A stretch of 64,000 bases of DNA from a virus: positions 1-64,000 of IMG/VR virus record IMGVR_UViG_3300020442_001264. One strand, 5' to 3'. Under the pieces are notes generated by a model that was given only the letters and a program-made list of their open reading frames with translations, searched no databases and had not been told where the DNA came from. This document shows positions 59,323 to 64,000 of the stretch, piece after piece (within the stretch, counting starts at the first letter, position 1; each line of letters opens with the position of its first letter). Position numbers and translations under genes: made by a program.

Positions 59323-60610
59323 AACATTTTGTCCTTACCCTTGGATACATGTTATGACACAACCAAGCAGTACAGTGAACTTTTGTTGTGTTGCTAACGG
59401 TCAAATTAAAAATGATGACGGTAGTGTTTTAATGTTAAACAAAGGTGATGATATATCATCTGTTTGGAATAACAATCATTATAAAAAAATTAGACGTCAA
59501 ATGATAGAAGGCGATAAAGTAGAAGGTTGTGAACCTTGCTATGATTTAGAAGATTTAGGAATTCCTAGTTATAGAGAAAACTATATAAAGGATTGGTTAG
59601 GCTTTCATAGGAATGCTGACCAAATTAAAAACATCATTGACAAAAGTATTGACAATGATTATGTTGTCGAAGAAACACCACAGTACTTAGATTTTAGATT
59701 AGGCACACTATGTAACTTGCGTTGCAGAATGTGTCAGAGTCAAAACAGTAGTGCTATATATAAAGAATTAAAAGATGAGGAATTATACAATGAAGAAGAA
59801 CGAAAGTTTATCGTGGAAACAAGTCATTGGGGTGACTTTAGCGATTATACTCAGCCTTGGTTTGATGATCCTGGGTTCCTTAGCACAGTGGAAACATGGT
59901 TGCCTAATGTCAACAGGCTTTACTTCACAGGGGGTGAGCCCACAATTATACAACGTGTGTATTGGATCCTCGAAAAATGTGTCGAGCTCGGAATAAATCA
60001 AAACATAGATTTAGTATTTAATAGTAATATGACAAACATACAACCAAGGTTTTTAGACTTAATAGCCAAGTTTAAAGATGTGTTGATGTGTTTAAGTGTT
60101 GATGGCTATGGAACAACAAACGAATATATAAGAAGTGGTAGCACTTGGAGTATAGTAGACAAACACATTAGAGACTATGCAAAGTCAGACGTAGTAGGTA
60201 ATATACTGTTTAGTCCTGTAGTACAAATTTACAACATACTAGACATAACAAAACTATTGGACTATGCAGAAGAAATAACAAACGAGAGTGGTCGTAGAAT
60301 AGATATCAGTTTCTTGTTAAACAATTATCCAAAGTGCTTGGATATAAGAAACTTGCCTAAAGGTATAAGAGTTGAAGCACAATTAACTTTACATGAGTGG
60401 TTGCAGAACAGCACATACTTTGATGACGATGAACGTAACAGACAAAGTGTGTTAGGATTAATAAATGCATTAGACGACAAAAATGTAAACGAAGATGCAG
60501 AACATCAAATGCAAGTGTTTAGGAAGTATACAGAATTGTTAGACAATAAACGAAATCAAAGTATCGAAAAACAACTACCTAAATTATGGAGTAGACTCAA
60601 GTGGACATAA
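59309..60610 (+). CDS. Radical SAM protein 8 with N-terminal Twitch/SPASM domain
   Basis: FCPYPW, FCC and CEPCY; CNLRCRMC; TGGEP. GGAG SD before 59309. Confidence 0.9.
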   Translation: MTYSKTFCPYPWIHVMTQPSSTVNFCCVANGQIKNDDGSVLMLNKGDDISSVWNNNHYKKIRRQMIEGDKVEGCEPCYDLEDLGIPSYRENYIKDWLGFHRNADQIKNIIDKSIDNDYVVEETPQYLDFRLGTLCNLRCRMCQSQNSSAIYKELKDEELYNEEERKFIVETSHWGDFSDYTQPWFDDPGFLSTVETWLPNVNRLYFTGGEPTIIQRVYWILEKCVELGINQNIDLVFNSNMTNIQPRFLDLIAKFKDVLMCLSVDGYGTTNEYIRSGSTWSIVDKHIRDYAKSDVVGNILFSPVVQIYNILDITKLLDYAEEITNESGRRIDISFLLNNYPKCLDIRNLPKGIRVEAQLTLHEWLQNSTYFDDDERNRQSVLGLINALDDKNVNEDAEHQMQVFRKYTELLDNKRNQSIEKQLPKLWSRLKWT

Positions 60611-61335
60611 CAAATAAAAAATATTTGTATGCAGTTGGTTGTAGCCATATGGCAGGTAGTGAAGTGATAGAGTTTGGCAATACTGCAAGGACACATGAAT
60701 CTATTAAGTATGCTTGGCCCGGACTACTAGCAGAACATTATGGATTGCATTATATAAATGATTCAGAACCAGGCGGTAGTAATGACTATATGGTTAGGAG
60801 TGTTATGCATTTTGTGAACAAATGGCTATCACAAGATAGAGATCCTAGTGAACTATTAGTAGTTATAGGTTGGACAACAGACGAACGCATAGAGTTTACA
60901 CATGAGAACAATGGTATAATGGAACATTTCCATTGGGCTAATGGTTGTGATTGGAGACCATTTTATAAAGATGGTAAAGGTCCTAAATTTGAAAATTGGT
61001 TTAAAGCATTGCAATTATATCATACCGACTTTGACTTTGGTAGAATTAAACGTGTAATAAATATTACTTTAATAGATGCTTTTTTAAAAAGTAACAATAT
61101 AGACTACATTCAAGTTAATAATTGTGCTAAGATGGATAAAGGACAATGGGAGTTTTTAAATATAGAGCACATGGTTAAAACATTTCCGTTTGATACATTT
61201 ATAGAACCATATGATAGTTTCGTTGACCAATATAAAGAAACACACAAAGAACATTTTTCAGATTGGTTACATGCAGATAAACATGTGCATAATTTATATT
61301 TTAAAAAACTTAAACAGAGGTTAGATAATGACTAA
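60601..61335 (+). CDS. SGNH/GDSL-like hydrolase or acyltransferase
   Basis: AVGCSH.AG (block I-like), WP.LLA, GGSND, IGWT..ER and C-terminal WLHA....H. Confidence 0.6.
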   Translation: MDITNKKYLYAVGCSHMAGSEVIEFGNTARTHESIKYAWPGLLAEHYGLHYINDSEPGGSNDYMVRSVMHFVNKWLSQDRDPSELLVVIGWTTDERIEFTHENNGIMEHFHWANGCDWRPFYKDGKGPKFENWFKALQLYHTDFDFGRIKRVINITLIDAFLKSNNIDYIQVNNCAKMDKGQWEFLNIEHMVKTFPFDTFIEPYDSFVDQYKETHKEHFSDWLHADKHVHNLYFKKLKQRLDND

Positions 61336-61543
61336 TAAAGATAAAGAAGACTTTAACGGCTTAGGTCCTGTCGATAAAGTTATTGATATGGGAGACTTAC
61401 AAGGTAATCCTATACCAGAAGAAAAAGACACAGAACAGAAGGACGTGGATTTAGATGATGTTGAACTTTCCGAAGAAGAGGAAGAATTGTTAAAAAAGAA
61501 ATTAGAACAGATTCGTAAAAACGATCCATTTATATATAGATGA
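61328..61543 (+). CDS. Small acidic protein ending in DPFIYR
   Basis: 71 aa, overlapping both neighbours, D/E-rich. Confidence 0.65.
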   Translation: MTNKDKEDFNGLGPVDKVIDMGDLQGNPIPEEKDTEQKDVDLDDVELSEEEEELLKKKLEQIRKNDPFIYR

Positions 61544-63093
61544 GAATATTAGGAATTAGTTGTATGTTTCATGACGCGAGTACATGCGTTATAGAAGATG
61601 GTGAAATTTTATTTGCCGGACATGCAGAAAGATACAGTAGAGTAAAAAACGATGCATACTTAAATCAACGTTTGATGAAAGATACATTAAAACATGGTTT
61701 ACCAGATATAATCGTTTTACACGAAAGTACAAGATTAAAAAACAGAAGAAGATTAAAACAATTTACTTGGAGCAGTATTAAGGCGGCTATTACGGAAATA
61801 ACTGCTGAAGAATGGATTGCAAAGTTTTATCCACAGTTAAAAGGCATACCAGTAGTTAATTGTTTACATCACGAAAGCCATGCGGCGGCAGGCATACTTA
61901 CTTCACCAGAACATTTTGATGATGCGGCTATAATGACAATAGATGCTATAGGTGAATTCCAAACATCAACAATTTATAGATGGGAGACACATCGTAGTGG
62001 TGATACTAGAATGCAACTGCTACATGACACAAATTTTCCAAACAGTTTAGGTTTATTTTATAGTGCTATTACAAGTGCTGTTGGTTTGAAACCTATGGAA
62101 GATGAATATATCTTAATGGGTATGGCGGCATATGGTAAGCCATTATATGTAAATAAAATTAACAAAGAATTATTTAAACACCCAAATGCAACAGACAACT
62201 TGCGTGAATGTTTACATACTGTGAATATGAGTAAAGGTTTACCTAAAAACTTTATGAGTGCAGAAGCATTAGCAGACGAGCAAACACAATTTGATTTAGC
62301 CGCAAGTGCTCAACAAGTATGTGAAGAAAGAATATTGGCTTATGCCAAGTTAGCAAAAGAATACACACAAAGCAATAACTTAGTATTCATGGGAGGGTGT
62401 GCATTAAATTGTGTAGCAAACAGTAGACTATATGAACTGTTTAATAATATACACATTATGCCTAATCCAGGAGATGCCGGTAGTGCCTTAGGTGCCGCGG
62501 CATTGTATTGGCATAAACATACTAGCAAAAGAGTAAATTGGAATGGTCCATATACTGGATATAATATTTCAGGTGAATGGCCAAAAGAAAAATTTTTACA
62601 AAGTATGCGTAAAGGACAAATATTTGGTGTAGCAAATGGTAAAGCAGAATATGGTCCTAGGGCTCTTGGTAACAGAAGTTTATTTGCTGATCCTAGAGGC
62701 GAAGAAATAAAAGATAAAGTAAATGAAATAAAACGTAGGCAAAAGTTTAGACCTTTTGCTCCTATAGTATTAGAAGAACACGCCAGTGATTGGTTTGAAA
62801 TGCCTGGTGGTGTTATAGATAGTCCTTACATGCAATTTGTTGCAAAATGTAAGAGACCAGAAATTATACCTGCGGTAGTACATGGGGATGGTACAAGCAG
62901 AGTGCAAACGGTTAACAGAAAAAATCATCCGGATTTATATCATGCTATGAGACAGTGGCATGCTGAGTCAGGGTGTCCAGTTGTTCTAAATACAAGTTTA
63001 AATATCAAAGGACAACCAATTGTTAATACTGAAAAAGAAGCAGAAGAGTTTGCAACTCATTATAAGGTGCCAGTTCATGTCAGAGACGACTAA
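61540..63093 (+). CDS. O-carbamoyltransferase (NodU/CmcH/TobZ family)
   Basis: ILGIS..FHDA, ERYSR.KND, HHESHAA, DAIGE, GGCALNCVAN, GDAG.A.GAA, E.GPRALGNRS, FRPFAP and LNTSLN. Confidence 0.95.
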   Translation: MRILGISCMFHDASTCVIEDGEILFAGHAERYSRVKNDAYLNQRLMKDTLKHGLPDIIVLHESTRLKNRRRLKQFTWSSIKAAITEITAEEWIAKFYPQLKGIPVVNCLHHESHAAAGILTSPEHFDDAAIMTIDAIGEFQTSTIYRWETHRSGDTRMQLLHDTNFPNSLGLFYSAITSAVGLKPMEDEYILMGMAAYGKPLYVNKINKELFKHPNATDNLRECLHTVNMSKGLPKNFMSAEALADEQTQFDLAASAQQVCEERILAYAKLAKEYTQSNNLVFMGGCALNCVANSRLYELFNNIHIMPNPGDAGSALGAAALYWHKHTSKRVNWNGPYTGYNISGEWPKEKFLQSMRKGQIFGVANGKAEYGPRALGNRSLFADPRGEEIKDKVNEIKRRQKFRPFAPIVLEEHASDWFEMPGGVIDSPYMQFVAKCKRPEIIPAVVHGDGTSRVQTVNRKNHPDLYHAMRQWHAESGCPVVLNTSLNIKGQPIVNTEKEAEEFATHYKVPVHVRDD

Positions 63094-63352
63094 TCCAGAT
63101 TTAGAATTAATAAACAAAAAATGTAAAGAGCCTTGGCTTTTCGATGACAGTCTTACTGATGCAGAAAGAATGTATTGGAAGTTAAAAGGTGTTTGCCATG
63201 TGTGTAAATATCCTGTGGCTTATCACAAAGACGACTGTCCGTTTAGTGATGTGCAATTACACTTTGCACAAATAGACAAAGAATTATATGCTGTTACAGA
63301 TATAGGATTTGTAAACAGTGAAAAGTTGAAACAACTGCTTAACAAGAAATAA
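63077..63352 (+). CDS. Small hypothetical protein with possible Zn site
   Basis: CHVC-x5-H-x3-C. The start choice (MSETTNP) is uncertain. Confidence 0.5.
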   Translation: MSETTNPDLELINKKCKEPWLFDDSLTDAERMYWKLKGVCHVCKYPVAYHKDDCPFSDVQLHFAQIDKELYAVTDIGFVNSEKLKQLLNKK

Positions 63353-63353
63353 C

Positions 63354-64000
63354 ATGTACGATATTTTTTACATCGGCGATAACAACACACTAAAAGAAAG
63401 ATTACCTTTTGCTAATCAAGTAAACAATATTGATGAAATAAAATCTAATACAAAATTGTACTGGTTAGTAGACAGTAATACTAAAATTACCGATTGGGAA
63501 TTATTTGATTTCAAACCAGATGTGCATACAGAAAAATATGTACATGTGTGGAAATGGAATCAAGAAAATTATGGCGGAGTTAGTCTTCTGCCAAAAGGGG
63601 GAAGTGAGGAAACTGTATGGCATAACAAAGTTGTTTGTAAGAAACACTTTGACATATTGTTTGAGAATACACCAGGGAACTATTTTAAACAGAACCCATA
63701 CAGTACTCACGTATGGTGTGTAGATAAAGACTACATACTCAATGATGATATAGATTGGGCACCAGGGAACTTTGAACCAGACTATATCCACAGTTTCCAT
63801 TTGCGTGGACAACTTGAACACAAGTATCCAGAACTTGAAGGGGGAGTTAAGTTATACCCACGCGAATGGTCATCTGCAGAAACAAAGTATCACAAATTCT
63901 TAGATGCAAATATCACATACCCAATACTGTATGTAAACGATGTTGATGATTATGCTCAACGTGATATATTAGAAGATGATTATGTTTGGCTAATAGATAA
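63354..64000 (+). CDS. Tandem-repeat glycosyltransferase-like protein, truncated by the window end; absent from the ORF track
   Basis: Open to the window end: MYDIFYIG...YWLVD...F.P...YVHVW...YGGVSLLP, then VWCVD...W.P...YIHSF...GGVKLYP, then VWLID. The modules resemble the 37892 protein. Confidence 0.65.
   Translation, partial: MYDIFYIGDNNTLKERLPFANQVNNIDEIKSNTKLYWLVDSNTKITDWELFDFKPDVHTEKYVHVWKWNQENYGGVSLLPKGGSEETVWHNKVVCKKHFDILFENTPGNYFKQNPYSTHVWCVDKDYILNDDIDWAPGNFEPDYIHSFHLRGQLEHKYPELEGGVKLYPREWSSAETKYHKFLDANITYPILYVNDVDDYAQRDILEDDYVWLID

Noticed and set aside
39048-63093. RiPP cluster with a precursor peptide
   Set aside because: No RRE/PqqD domain, peptidase, transporter or convincing leader-core peptide is visible, and the context is sugar enzymes. 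Not fully excluded.
502-63821. Numerous short antisense and off-frame ORFs in the track (e.g. 18184-18753, 26698-27198, 27562-28065)
   Set aside because: They lie wholly within long, motif-bearing plus-strand genes, have no SD or motifs, and look like codon-bias shadows.
1-64000. CRISPR arrays, tRNA/rRNA genes, transposases, introns and stop-codon reassignment
   Set aside because: None seen. Intergenic gaps are too short for arrays or RNA genes, and standard-code ORFs tile the window using TAA, TGA and TAG stops.

Overview
AT-rich, densely coding, almost entirely plus-strand segment that reads as a large (jumbo-type) T4-like myophage, probably aquatic; this assignment is inferred from gene content and no database was searched. 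Bases 1-32 kb form a baseplate and tail-fibre module: a gp27-like hub end, a gp5-like spike with a degenerate lysozyme, gp25, a gp6-like wedge, a 6289-aa giant protein, and a fibre with an autocleaving chaperone. A three-gene minus-strand operon with its own sigma70-type promoter interrupts this module. Bases 32-64 kb hold a dense cluster of tailoring enzymes: eight radical SAM paralogues with N-terminal Twitch/SPASM domains, about eight glycosyltransferase-like genes in three families, phosphomannomutase, an NDP-sugar dehydrogenase, an APS kinase-nucleotidyltransferase fusion, a sulfotransferase, a carbamoyltransferase, an SGNH protein, a 2OG-Fe(II) oxygenase, a PLP enzyme, an SDR, a desaturase, an SCP2 protein and an alternative oxidase. 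The same RRTAAATA late-promoter-like motif precedes both structural and enzyme genes, four times exactly 5 nt before an ATG that has no SD. Best candidate for a new system: a late-expressed, phage-encoded glycan synthesis and tailoring pathway, possibly decorating the virion. All product calls rest on motifs recognised by eye.
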